This document shows positions 43,749 through 56,971 of a DNA stretch of 64,000 nt, one piece after another. Location: contig OX597824.1 in the NCBI GenBank assembly GCA_951406725.2, positions 93,310,001-93,374,000 of the forward strand. Reading direction: 5' to 3'. The DNA is from Octopus vulgaris. Lineage: Eukaryota. A program made the position numbers and the translations under genes. The notes beneath the pieces are model-generated. The model made no database searches. It was not told where the DNA came from and was given only the letters and a program-made list of their open reading frames with translations. The stretch's first letter is position 1, and every line of letters starts with the position of its first letter.

Positions 43749-43777
43749 CAGACAGACAAATAGATAGATAGATAGAG

Positions 43778-43869
<92 letters not shown>

Positions 43870-43904
43870 GATGGATGGATTGATGGACGTACGGACGGAC
43901 AGTC

Positions 43905-43939
<35 letters not shown>

Positions 43940-43968
43940 TAGACAGATAGACAGACAGACAGACAGAC

Positions 43969-44052
<84 letters not shown>
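43520..44052. repeat. (TAGA)n/(CAGA)n tetranucleotide array
   Basis: Directly visible. Confidence 0.97.
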
Positions 44053-44053
<1 letters not shown>

Positions 44054-44852
44054 CCTATACATTAATGGATACAGGCACACAATCTCACAAACACATTTAA
44101 GCTTCAGTTTCCTTGCCTCTCACTGTTTTTCTGTCTCTATCCATCTTTCTATCTGCGTGTAAATGTCTGTGCGCCTGTCTGTATGGTTGCCCGAGTGTAC
44201 GCAAAGAACGAAAATACCGAGAAGTCCTAACCATTCCTAGCTCATCACCTGGTAGAGTAACAAACCCAGAAGTACTACTTGCCATGTTATTTTCGCTTTC
44301 CTCTCCATATAAATAAATACAGTTGCCGTGCATCCAGTAGATCCCAATAACCATATTAAATTATTAAATCCTTCATACGATCTCTGCCATGACACTTTCT
44401 ACTGTGGTTAATATAGTTTGATAGAATGCTTTAATCTTTTCCCGAATCTAAAGGATATATCGGACCGTTGCTTCCGTTACCAGGAGTTTAAAATGACAAG
44501 ATATATATCCTGTTTAAGAATGATAAATCTCTCTCAAGGAAACGCGGCTACGTATTGGTGACAGCCGGAAAGAAGTGAAATAACTTGAGCAGCTGCTTTG
44601 CATTTTGGTTATCAAACCAGACAGAGAGCAACTGTCTAATAACTTCGTCCGCTGGACTTAAAACGTTAACTCTCAAGCCAGCCGAACGCAATGACTAATA
44701 AATTTGATTGCGGATTACGACGGATTTCTCTTTCTCTCGCTCTCTCTCTATCAATTGCATGGACGTTCTCAGGGATTCGAAGATATTTTTCGTTCACTGT
44801 ATTACATGTGCGAATCTAACGTGATTGATATTCATAACCATCGACACCACCT

Positions 44853-44883
<31 letters not shown>

Positions 44884-45014
44884 CACACAGGCACACACAC
44901 ACATACACACACATATCTGTATCAATCACAAGCACATGCACAAACATAGACGCACACACACATATACAAACGCACATATATAAATATATATATATATATA
45001 TTTATATATTCGTT

Positions 45015-45180
45015 TATTTTTTTACTTGTATCAGTTATTTCACTGCGGCCATGCTGGAGCACCGCTTGTCGTCGAAAAGGTCGACCCCAGGACTTATTCT
45101 TTGTACTTATAATTTCGGTCTCTTTTGCCGAACCGCTGAGTTGTCAACCGATGGTGGTGGGGAAGAAACACAGACACACA
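45015..45180 (-). mobile_element. SINE family A 3' module
   Basis: CTGCGGCCATGCTGGAGCACCGC...GGTCTCTTTTGCCGAACCGCT. Similar fragments at 47450-47610, 56690-56765 and 60998-61175. Confidence 0.8.
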
Positions 45181-45199
45181 AACATATACATACACACAC

Positions 45200-45260
<61 letters not shown>

Positions 45261-46559
45261 TACAGACAGAGACAGGGATTGATATTGATTTAGATATTGA
45301 TATAGATATATTTCAGTCTTTGTGTTGGCACCTAAAGCATTCTTCGCTGAAAAGGTTTAATAAGAAGAAAATATGTCCACTAATTACAATATATGGTTTT
45401 AAAAACCAGTTCCATTGTCATATCTATTTGGTATCTTTTCTAAAAATTGCAGTCATCTGAACCTATGGGATTGTCTTCCTTGCTTCTCCTGCTTTGACTT
45501 TCAGCAAACCTGTAACCAGTTTTTACTTACAAGGTACATGAATAATTCCTGTTATTCGAGGTTTTTCAATCAAACGTTTCGCCTCAGACCACAGCGACTT
45601 AGCTTCCCCATCGTAATCATGTGATTCACACAACCTCATTAACGCCATAACGTTGAAACCTGTACTTCTATTTTGGGGTTTCTTTTAAGGTAAATTAGCT
45701 CTGCATCAGAAGCGTTATCGCATTACCGATGACTCGGTGTTTGGAATTGCTAACATCGCATTCTTAGTAAATACACTTTGCCATTTCCATCTAATTTTCC
45801 CTACAAATCTTGTTGAAAAAAAGTGATAATCATCATTTTTCTCATAGATACTGAATAACGCATTACAACTCAACTCAGATAGGTGAAATATTTCAGCCGG
45901 TACTATAGCATACATGGGTATATCATTTGTTACTAAATACAAAAAATAGGAATAATAATTATCATACTGGCAGTGCTGTAGCAGGAGTTAATAAACGTTG
46001 TGTTAAGTGCATTACGTATTTCTAGTATGTAGGCATTTTTATACTACCTCAGATCTGTTTTTTACTTTGAACCAATGGAATGTCATTTCGTAAATATCTA
46101 TCTGACATTGACGTTATATTTTTACCAACGCGTTGTGTGTACGAATGACTGCGGAGGTGATTCTTCAATTCGAGCTAAAACATAACTCATGCTGAGAATC
46201 GGTTAAAGGAGATGATTTCTTTTTCTTCTAGTGTTTATTTTGCTACACACTTCGATACACTAATTTCAAACATTTTGTTGTGGTAATTGCCGGGCTTATT
46301 GAAGGTTACGTTATATGTATATGATGCCTACACGCACACATTCATGTATATATATTGCTTCCTCGGGCTAAATAGCGGTAGTGTGATTCCATTCATGGGA
46401 CTGTCACATTAAGTTGACTGTATACAACTGCTCTGCCGTACCACTACTGCTTATATCTAGAAATGTAAGATTTCTATTTCATATATATATATTTTGACAC
46501 AAATATATATATTTTTTAACATTTAAACCTTCTGTCGTTTTTTCACACTTTACTATTTT

Positions 46560-46607
<48 letters not shown>

Positions 46608-47385
46608 CACATATATGTATGCATGTATGTAGCAAAGGAAAAGTTATAATAGCCTTCCACATGCACGAAAATAGCCATACCAACAATCCAGCATACCCCC
46701 ATCATCAGCTGCCCCACAGATATCATTACGGTTTCGGTATGTATGTATGTATGCATGTATGTATGTATGTATGTATGTATGTATGTATGCATGCATGTAT
46801 GTATGTATGTATGTATGTATGTATGTATGCATGCATGTATGTATGTATGTATGTATGTATGTATGTATGTATGTATGTATGCATGTATGTATGTATGTAT
46901 GTATGTATGTATGTATGTATGTATGTATGAATGTATGTATGTATGAATTCCAAAAATTCTTGGAAGTTTACAGTAAAATATATTGATAACGCTAGAAAGA
47001 TCAGTCGGAGGATGGGTTATTTTTTCTTTCCAAAATTACTTAAATACCGATATGCAAAACTCTGGATTCACCTAAGAAAACGTTAGCATATTGCTTATCT
47101 TATACTTTTTAATTAGTGGAGATCAATCTTTAACGCTAGACAACAACTCCAAAAATAAAGATAAACCGTAGTCTGTCGTTTCCTTAGAAAAATTTGACAT
47201 CTTTTTATATTTGTATATAAATAAATAATAAGTTAACCCTAGCTTTTGAAATAGTTTTCATATATAAATAAATACGAACCTACATATGTATGCTTACATG
47301 TATATATATACACAGACACAGACACACACACACAAACGTACACACATACACATAAATATATACATATATATATTATATATGTATC

Positions 47386-47435
<50 letters not shown>

Positions 47436-47758
47436 TGTTATTCATTTATTCTTTTGCATGTTTCAGTCATTTGATTGTGGTCATGCTGGAGCACCACCAT
47501 TACTCATTCTATCTCTTCTTTTGCCGAACTGCTAAGTTATCGGGTGATAAAGACACCGACATCAGTTGTCAAGCGATGGTGGTGGAGAACAAACACAGAC
47601 CCAAAGACACACACACACACATATTCTTATATTAATAAATGCATATTAAACTGTTTATCCCTATATATTGAGACAATTCTCCCAATAAAACCTTGATAAT
47701 ACCAGTTGATATCTGGACTTCCTAATCCCTAAAGAGGACATTATGTCCCCAAACTGAC

Positions 47759-47910
<152 letters not shown>

Positions 47911-47924
47911 GAGAGAGAGAGAAT

Positions 47925-48085
47925 CAAAACAGGGAAACACAAACTGGAAAAACCAGCAACCTGAGGACGTGGTACAAGTAGTGTATTTTAGACGCTCAGG
48001 AAAGAAAGACGATTTAACGTTTCGAGCAAAGGTCTTCTTCAGAAATAGAGGAAAGTCAAAATGAAGGGAAGACGGAGGAACGCTC
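47925..48085 (-). mobile_element. Penelope-like terminal-repeat fragment with a minimal hammerhead motif (48012-48046)
   Basis: Minus strand ATTT-CTGAAGA-A-GACC-TTT-GCTC-GAAAC-GTT-AAAT, followed by TTCCTGAGCG as in the 56521 copy. Confidence 0.6.
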
Positions 48086-48374
48086 AACACCGATTTGGCC
48101 GATATAATATCAATCAGTATTTGTGAATTTGCGTGTTTAGTTTGTTCTAATTTTTTTGAAAAAAAACATAAACCGTGTTTATTGAAATTTTTCATTTCTT
48201 AAACTGCCGTTCAGCTATTTGACAAATCTAATAAGGCTGGTATCCCTGAAGCTAAATTTGAATAAAGAAAAAAACAATTTCCATAAAAGGATAGGTTTGA
48301 ACCACGAGCAATTCAAAACAAGTCAGCTGTACTATAACAATATTTCCTTCTCATGTTTTTAATAAAATAATTTT

Positions 48375-48787
48375 GCAGGAGTGGCTATGTGGTAAGTAGC
48401 TTGTTTACCAACCACATGGTTCCGGGTTCAGTCCCACTGCGTGGCATCTTGGGCAAGTGTCTTCTACTATAGCCTCGGGCCGACCAATGCCTTGTGAGTG
48501 GATTTGTTAGACGGAAACTGAAAGAAGCTCGTCGTATATATGTATATATATATATATGCGTGTATGTGTTTGTGTGTCTATGTTTGTCCCCCTAGCATTG
48601 CTTGACAACCGATGCTGGTGTGTTTATGTCCCCGTTACTTAGCGATTCGGCAAAAGAGACCGATAGAATAAGTACTGGGCTTACAAAAGTATAAGTCCCG
48701 GGGTCGAATTGCTCGATTAAAGGTGGTGCTCCAGCATGGCCGCAGTCAAATGACTGAAACAAGTAAAAGAGTAAAAGAGTAAAGAGT
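48375..48787 (+). mobile_element. SINE family A, full length
   Basis: Near-identical to 3760-4177. Confidence 0.92.
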
Positions 48788-49036
48788 GTGAATATGTGTG
48801 TATGTATACTATGTCAGGCAAGTAATACAAAGCGGTGAAAATAATTGTTCATATGGGGTAGCGGAGATTTGTTCCTACCGTTTCGTTTCTTCGTATCCCA
48901 ACTCCGAGTTATTTCTTACGTTTTATAACTACTTCTAATAACCATGTGCAGTTCTATATTTAACCGATGAGAAATTACATACATTATTTACATTATTTAC
49001 ATTCGACGGATATTTGTCCTCATTCTGTTTGTTGTT

Positions 49037-49082
49037 AACACAACGTTTCGCCTGATATACTCTCCAGCTTTCATCAGGTTTC
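49037..49082 (-). ncRNA. Minimal type I hammerhead ribozyme motif, unit 2
   Basis: GAAAC-CTGATGA-A-AGCTG-GAGAGTATAT-CAGGC-GAAAC-GTT-GTGTT. More mismatches than unit 1. Confidence 0.55.
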
Positions 49083-49219
49083 ATGGGGAAATTTCAAACA
49101 TGGGTTCTCATTCCTTTTGAATGTTGTGAGACAGTTCTCTATTTAAGAGATGAAGAATTATGTACATTATTTACATTATTTACATTTGATGGATATTTGT
49201 CCTCATCTTGTTCGTTGTT

Positions 49220-49265
49220 AACACAACGTTTCGGCTGTTATACCCTCCAGCTTTCATCAGGCGTC
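49220..49265 (-). ncRNA. Minimal type I hammerhead ribozyme motif, unit 1
   Basis: GACGC-CTGATGA-A-AGCTG-GAGGGTATAA-CAGCC-GAAAC-GTT-GTGTT. Helix I is GACGC/GTGTT, helix II is GCTG/CAGC, and helix III is the palindrome AACGTT. Confidence 0.65.
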
Positions 49266-49320
49266 TTGGGGAAATTTCGAAACTGGGTTATCATTCCTAA
49301 GGTATTTTTCGATGTTGTTG

Positions 49321-49387
<67 letters not shown>

Positions 49388-49401
49388 CATCATCATTATC
49401 A

Positions 49402-49443
<42 letters not shown>

Positions 49444-49871
49444 TCACTGCCTGGAATCGGACTCGGATTCTTGGGGTTAGTAGCCTGCGCTCTTAACCAC
49501 TATGCCATATGAAGGCTGGAGGTTATATCAGCCGAAATATGTTAACAACAAACAAGATGAGGATAAATATCCGTCAAATGTAAATGATGTAAATAAATAA
49601 CCATGTGGTATGAAAAAAAAAACATGTAGTGAGCTAAACTTCAATCATGTGACCTGAAATGCACCTACTGAACTACTATTTTGTTTCCAGTATATGTATG
49701 TATGTATGTGTGTATGTATGTGTGTATGTATGTATGTGTGTGTTCGTGTGTGTGTGTCCATATATGTGTGCGTGTGTGTGTGTCCATGTATGCGTGTGTG
49801 TGTGTGTGTGTGTGTGTGTGCATGCATGTAATTATACGTACTCGAGTATGAAAGAACGCTTGAGTTTTTAT

Positions 49872-50062
49872 TCCTTTCTACTCTAGGCACAAGGCTCGAA
49901 ATTTTTGTGGGAGGGTCCAGTCAATTAGATCGACCCCAGTACGCAACTACTACTTAATTTATTGACCCCGAAAGGATGAAAGGCAAAGTCAGAACGTAAA
50001 GACAGACGAAATACCGCTAAGCATTTCGCTCGACGTGCTAACGTTTCTTCCAGCTCACCGCT
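49872..50062 (-). mobile_element. SINE family B
   Basis: GACCCCGAAAGGATGAAAGGCAAAGTC...GAAATACCGCTAAGCATTTCG...CCAGCTCACCGC. Confidence 0.9.
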
Positions 50063-50165
50063 TGTGTGAGCGGTAGTTTTATTGATATATACACATATTT
50101 ATATATTCATTACATGTATATATATATATATGTATACATACATGTATACATATATATATATACCC

Positions 50166-50395
50166 GCGGCGAGCTGGCAGAAACGTTAGCGCGCCGGGCG
50201 AAATGCTTAGCGGTATTTCGTCTGTCGTTACGTTCTGAGTTCAAATTCCGCCGAGGTCGACTTTGCCTTTCATCCTTTCGGGGTCGATAAATTAAGTACC
50301 AGTTACCCACTGGGGTCGATGTAATTGACTTAATCCGTTTGTCTGTCCTTGTTTGTCCCTTCTATGTTTAGCCCATTGTGGGTAGTATAGAAATA
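50166..50395 (+). mobile_element. SINE family B, consensus-like copy
   Basis: GGCGAGCTGGCAGAAACGTTAGCGCGCCGGGCGAAATGCTTAGCGGTATTTCGTCTG...GAGTTCAAATTCC (B box). Confidence 0.92.
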
Positions 50396-51214
50396 TATAC
50401 ATATACCCGCACTTATATGTTTATATATATATATACACACACACATACAACATACATCCAAATACCCATATAATACGCATGTCCACCTATGTACTTGTTT
50501 ACTTATATATGCACACGTCTATGTTTGTGTTGCCGCATGCGTGTGTGTGTATTTTAACTGTCTGAAGAGTAACTCCAATAAGCCAATAATACTCATGCTA
50601 TAAGGAGGCGTGTATGAAATCTTTGGTAATCTTTCTCCGGGATGCGAGTCAAACTATTCACTTGTAACGTGAAGCAGATATTTTCAACTTAATTACTCGA
50701 ATGATTTGTCGATTTTAACATATGAGATGTGTCTAAAGATCCAATAATTGTTCGCAAAAGTGAATTGAATTTCAGAATATTAACAGGGCATAGCTCATAT
50801 CCGTGAATTTATGGAAAAGTTTTTTATATGATGTGAATTGATAGTTTAGTTATTAGTACTATAATTGATATTCTGAGAATTTCCAAACCATAGGAAACAC
50901 TAGATTTTTGCCTTTTTACTATTTATTACTCGGTTCGATAATTATTACGATATGTAAAAAGGACAGGAGTGAATGGTCACGGCTGATATGAGATGTTATA
51001 ACAGTTATGAGTTTATTCACCAACCAAAAGGAACTGATTTCTGTGGAGCCCAAGGGCAATTTATGATCGCATAAATGGTAAATAATATCTCATGTATGGA
51101 TTTAGTCTCATTTTAACCCTGACCGTGTACGCCTAATACCAAAGCGCTCATTACTTTGACTCCATTGACGCGTCATAGTCGACTAAAACAATTTGCCGGT
51201 TACTGCCGTTAGTA

Positions 51215-51512
51215 TTTATTTATGGGCCCTTTTCAAGCCTAGCCAGGTACATGGGCCCGGTTTCCCGGTCTCTATGGCGTATATGTTCCCTCCAGCTGGA
51301 CGGAACGCCAGTACATCGCAGCTTTACCCAAGGAACATGAAGAAAGTGTGAGAGAAATTTGGGGCGAAAGTGTACAACACGGGTCGCCACCACCCCCTGT
51401 CGGAGCCACGTGGAGCTATAGGTATTTTTGCTCAATAAACACACACAACACGCGGTGTGAGAATCGAAACCGCGAGTCCGCTTCCCTAACCACTGGGCAA
51501 TTGCGCCTCCAC
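51215..51512 (-). mobile_element. Chimeric SINE: family D head and body with family C V-like tail
   Basis: 51330-51512 matches 41263-41450, and 51215-51325 matches 38665-38760. Confidence 0.8.
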
Positions 51513-52318
51513 ACCGTTGTTAGTAACGAGAGTGATATTTCGAGGCTTCATCAAGAGATAATCACGTGATCAGGCTGATCATAAATTAACGCCTTGGTTG
51601 AAAAAAATGATCTCAAACTATCGTCAAAGGCGTTCTAGCCATGGCCACACGTCTTAGAACAAACGATAACCGAAATTACATTAGTTAACGTGTTAGTATT
51701 TTTTTTATTTACGATAGTCGATGTATTCTGGTGCAGATTTCGCTGCCAATTCAAGCATATTTAGAGATCTTGAGCAGGCTTCACCAGGAAATCCCAAGGA
51801 ACCCGTCTTCAGATTTATTTACATTTCTTTAAGTCACGATGTGATTGCTCCTGGCGAAACGAACTGAAATATGTCAAAACAGTAATGCTGGAAAGCCAGC
51901 TTTCCGAATGCAACATGGCGGATATTTACTGAACAGAGCAGAAGAATTGAATGAGAAATATACAGGAACATTCTGGAATAATGAAAAGAGAAGTTGTAGA
52001 ATAAGTAAATATTCACGGGAAAAGAGGGAGATTTGACAGTATTTGTCGACGAAAAGTGGAAAACGGAATCTAGATGTATTTCGAAAATTTTTAACCCGAC
52101 GAAACGGCAGCATGGACAAATAATTATCGAAATAAATTAGAAATAGGAAGTTATTTGCTCAACATAATGAACCGTTGTTCCAATATACATAGTTTTCTTT
52201 GCTTCTCTGCTCTCTTTCTCTCATTCTCTCTCTATTTCTTTCTCTCCATCCCTCTCTCATATTCTGTCTCCTTTTTTCTGTGTATGTGTATCTTTACGTA
52301 TATATGTGTGTTTACATA

Positions 52319-52430
52319 CGAAGTGGTGCTGAAAAGTTCTTGGCTTTGGGCAAAAGAAAATACAGAAGGGTCAGTTAACTACGAGGTCATTCCACATATT
52401 CCCCTCCCAGATTCACAAAATTACTGCAGC
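52319..52430 (-). mobile_element. mariner 3' end fragment with TIR
   Basis: TA-CGAAGTGGTGCTGAAAAGTTCTTGGC terminus. Minus strand reads CSNFVNLGGEYVE*, like the transposase C-terminus. Confidence 0.65.
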
Positions 52431-52569
52431 AGTAAAGCCACTTTTCATCATTCTCTCAAGCTACTACTAAAACAAGCGTTATTTTGCTAGTGAAATGAAG
52501 GGGTCAAGAAGCAATAATCCGCTAGGAATCTCAAGACTGTTAGGGAAATGTAAACACAACTCTTGTATT

Positions 52570-52770
52570 ACTTCGAGTGTCACACTTGAAATAGTCTTCA
52601 TTTAAGATGTTGAGTTTGTGTGAAAGAGTGGCGCCTTATATACACATATATGTATACTGCATAAAATATACTCCTTCACAAACAGATTACGTATAAACGG
52701 CACCACTCTTTCACACAAACTCAACATCATAACTGAAGGCTATTTCAAGTGTGAGTGTGACACTCGAAGT
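52570..52770. repeat. Long inverted repeat, about 75-bp arms and 47-bp spacer
   Basis: ACTTCGAGTGTCACACTTGAAATAG...GATGTTGAGTTTGTGTGAAAGAGTGG versus CCACTCTTTCACACAAACTCAACATC...CTATTTCAAGTGTGA...CACTCGAAGT. Confidence 0.9.
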
Positions 52771-52805
52771 GTGTATATATATGTATATATGTGTGTATAT
52801 ATATG

Positions 52806-52849
<44 letters not shown>

Positions 52850-52879
52850 CATACACACATACACATAGACCAATCAGCT

Positions 52880-52941
<62 letters not shown>

Positions 52942-53439
52942 AAGATAGATAGATAGATAGATTGAAGTGAAGATATACTGAAATAAATCCAGTATCAACA
53001 TAGTCTCACGGACATGGCGGATATACTGTACGGATATACTGTACGAAGACCCCATATTGAAAAAAGCTATCACTGTATATGTAGTCTTCACCCCCAGAGA
53101 AACCCGTTCGGAGCCGACCTTCGATGAATCATGTTCCTAATTCTAACAGCTAAATAAGTAATTAATTATCCATAGTTGCCTCTTAAAATAACTGAATGTT
53201 ATTGAACGGGATTTGGCAGGTAGGTCTACTTTGTGAAACACTCGCTAAATATACTTTCTTTAGGTTCTCATCAAGAATTGATAGTAAGGGAAATACGTTT
53301 GAAGAAGTGTAGACAATGCACAGGACATTTCTTTATTTCTTGCTTACATTACAATAGCCTCGCAAACAATGTTTATATCTGGATGCTTATATCTTTCATC
53401 TGTTTTAATCATATGGACTGCGGTTATGTTGGGTAACTG

Positions 53440-53790
53440 ATTTGAAAACACTTAGCTAAAAAAAACTGATCCAGGACTTAACAGTAAGTGTGGTACCTAT
53501 CGGTCTCTTTTGCCGAAATGCAAGGTTACAATAACATAAATAGACCAACACCGGTTATCAAGCGATGGTGAGCCTGAGAAACACAGGCGCAAAACAAACA
53601 CAGACATGCCTACAGACATAGACGCACACATATGTATACGACGAGGTTCTCTAAAGTTTCCGTCAACTAAATTCATTTAGAAGTCATTGGTCGGCACAAC
53701 GCTACAGCTAATGACATTTGCCGAATGAGCCGCGCAGCAGGATTGAACCGGAAACCACCTGATGATAAAGCGGTCTTCTAACACATGCAA
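53440..53790 (-). mobile_element. SINE family A, old diverged copy
   Basis: CTATCGGTCTCTTTTGCCGAA...ACACCGGTTATCAAGCGATGGTG...GGATTGAACCGGAAACCAC. Confidence 0.7.
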
Positions 53791-54125
53791 CCGTAGTTAA
53801 TTCCAATACCAGCTATTTAAATGAGCTTCTACCTGTCTACTCTTCTTGTAAAAAGTAGGTGCAATATCTCACTAAAATTCACTTGCATATTTTTGTGTTA
53901 GACCTATAAAATATACAGGAGAGTCACCGTATAAATACCTTTGATCATAAGTCAAGAAAAATAAGGCAGCCCTAAGGCTAGATAATAAAATAATTTTAAA
54001 GAACAAAGAGATAATTCACCTTAAATGTAATGTACTTATTTACTTCAAGCTAAATCATCAATCAAAATATCATGCCACTAATCAAAGTCATTCTAGTTGC
54101 GACAATCCCGCTTTTACTAGAATTG

Positions 54126-54420
54126 AGAAGTCGTGTGACCTAGTTGTTACTATATTGCACTTAATGATCGCGATATCGTGGTTTCGATTCCTGGACAGGG
54201 AAGAGTGTTTTCTTCTTGAACAAAACATTCCATTTCACGTTGTACTGCGATGGCTTCAATACTTGATATGGGGCACATCGTCCACTTGATCAGGTAATGG
54301 TCGATTTGATGAAAGAAATTAGTTAACGTTCAGCAGAAAGATTCGATGACTGTAAATAAACCATCCGTGCACTTTGTTTAACAGGAAGTTGTGCAACCCT
54401 CATCTGTCCTTCACGACAAA
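54126..54420 (+). mobile_element. SINE with family C-like head and a different tail
   Basis: GTGGTTTCGATTCCTGGAC...TTGAACAAAACATTCCATTTCACGTTG shared with 38516. Confidence 0.65.
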
Positions 54421-55052
54421 CTCTGCTCTCAATCTTGAACTAAATCTGAACTGTATATATATTATACCACGGAAAATTAGCTGCAGTTTCTAGCAGAACA
54501 AAAGGCAAACTAAAAGGTATCCTCTATGGCTTGAATACGATATTCTTTCCTCCCCCGTTCATTCAAATTCCATCTTGTTCCTCCACTGATTAATAGAGGG
54601 AGCAATTGTCGGTTCGTGGTTAAGTTGTAATATCTTTAATATGCATTATTGAACATGCCTAAAGAAAGAAGTTCTTGAGGAGTAAAACCTGGGAAAAGGC
54701 TGGCATATAAGCATGAGACAAAATGGGAGTTTTGCACAAAGAGGTGTAATGGGAATTTGGAAATTCTTTTGTGATTTATGGTAATCAGTTGCATGCTTCA
54801 TCAATTAGAAGAACCGGCGTAATAATAGTGGAAGCGTTCACCTTAAACTTTTGTTTGTGTGCACAAATAAGAGCAAACACAAACAGCCGCGTACTCACAC
54901 ACAAAGCCACACAAATACACATATATGTAATATGTGTGTGTGTATATGTGTGTATATATATGTATATATATGTATGTATATATGTATTTATTCTGTTGTT
55001 TACCTATCTAACTACATTTCTCTTTACGTCTTTATATACACACATACATAAG

Positions 55053-55092
<40 letters not shown>

Positions 55093-55435
55093 AGTGTGTG
55101 TGAGTGTTTGTGTGTGTGTGTGTATGTGTGTGTGTGTGTGTGTGTAAATAAATAGATACACAGATATAGATTGATAGATGAACACGCACCCGTATATATA
55201 TATATTCATAATGCTATGTAAACATACCTAAACACATATTTATGTGCATACAAATACACACACACAAAAATATGTATATATGCATATACACACATCCGAT
55301 GCTCTACAATGCAAGAGAACTTCATGTTTATATGACTCTCATTGTTAGCAGATATTTCTCGAATAAGAACTGCACATGTGTGTGAGTGTATATATATATA
55401 TATATAATCTGTGTGTATATGTGTGTATATATATC

Positions 55436-55472
<37 letters not shown>

Positions 55473-55714
55473 ATGCGTTTGTGTGCTATATATATGTATA
55501 TTTCTGTGTGTCAGTATATGTGTATACATATATAAATACATGTGTGTATATATATATGCATGTATGTATATATGTGTGTCTATAGAAATATATATACATA
55601 CACATATACACACAGACACATACACACACACACACATATATATATATACATGCATGTATGTATATATGTGTGACTATATAAATATATATATATACATACA
55701 TACACACACACTCA

Positions 55715-55812
<98 letters not shown>

Positions 55813-56388
55813 TGTATGTATACATCCTAACTTCATTTTCCAAGGAAACCAATTCGTTATGAAGATACGACAATATATAATTAGCCATATTGATATGACA
55901 GCAAGGCGTATAATTGATATATTCGCGGAAACCTGTGATTATTTCATCGATATTGAGTATAGTTATTAGTGATATGTTATTTGTGGTGTTGATAGCATAT
56001 CAAACATGATATTGATTCAAAATATATATATTGGCGGACTGTTACTCTTTTGCCAATAGTGAGTGTTATGTTCCATCCACTTTCAAAACAAGCCTGCGTA
56101 TGTTTGGTGAGCCCCAGTGAAGTTGAACATGCGGTGGTGGTATGGCGATCGATAATAACTGTTCAATCAATTGTGAGTGGTTGTGTAGGAAATGATAAAT
56201 AAAAAAACAAAAAAAAATTATTGTTACCTATAGATAAGTATGAAATTCGTGGAAGGTGATTCAATTACGATCGACTTATCGACGGTTGAAATCGTAAGTT
56301 AAACACAAGTCTTACTGGGTATAAAACGGTCAGTTTCAGCCAGAAACACACACTCACACACACATACACACACACACGCACAGACACA

Positions 56389-56464
<76 letters not shown>

Positions 56465-56470
56465 CATAAA

Positions 56471-56515
<45 letters not shown>

Positions 56516-56520
56516 ATATA

Positions 56521-56680
56521 TAGGGAAAGTTTACGAAAAAAACAAAAGACGAAGACAGGTGGTGTAGAAAACAAACAGATGTATTAGTATAGCGCTCAGG
56601 AATTGAAAAAGTATTTTACGTTTCGAGCTTACGCTCTTTTACAGAAAGGGACATAGAAAACAAGGAGAGAAAAATGTGTG
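56521..56680 (-). mobile_element. Penelope-like terminal-repeat fragment with a variant hammerhead motif (56613-56648)
   Basis: Minus strand TTT-CTGTAAA-A-GAGC-GTAA-GCTC-GAAAC-GTA-AAA. The core deviates from CTGANGA. Ends in (TA)n. Confidence 0.55.
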
Positions 56681-56971
56681 TTACTGTTTTAGTTGTTTCA
56701 AATTTTGACTGTGGCCATGCTGAAGCACCGCCTTTAGTCGAGTAAGTCGACCCAGGACTTATTGTTTGTAAGAATCGTTACTGAAGCGGATAAAATGGTT
56801 GTTGGCATTTCTTTTGTCTTCAAGTTCTGAGTTCAAACATCGACGCGGTGCCTTGGGGGTTGAAGAAATAAGAATCATTTGAAGACTGCGGTCGGTGTAG
56901 ATGACATGCCGTTCTTCCCACGAAATTGATGAGCTTGTGCCAATATATGACAGCAATATATCGATTGATTT

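Larger units (their letters stand above)
48949..49595 (-). mobile_element. tRNA-headed non-autonomous retroelement with tandem hammerhead motifs, inverted 5' segment and 12-bp TSD
   Basis: TSD AATAACCATGTG at 48937-48948 and 49596-49607. tRNA-like head 49510-49441, (TAA)n linker, and two units of 183-bp period. 49509-49595 is the reverse complement of part of the unit. Confidence 0.8.

Noticed and set aside
45530-45659. Host-gene exon on the minus strand
   Set aside because: There is an open frame and a GTAAGT donor, but the upstream sequence is purine-rich with no polypyrimidine tract. Kept only as a weak finding.
46691-46745. Type II hammerhead on the minus strand (GAAACCGTA...CTGATGA)
   Set aside because: Helix I is not adjacent to the cleavage site, there are extra bases before helix II, and the helix II pairing relies on the microsatellite.
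49441-49510. Functional tRNA gene (likewise the other SINE heads)
   Set aside because: The acceptor and anticodon stems do not pair properly, the B box is mutated, and it is embedded in a repeat.
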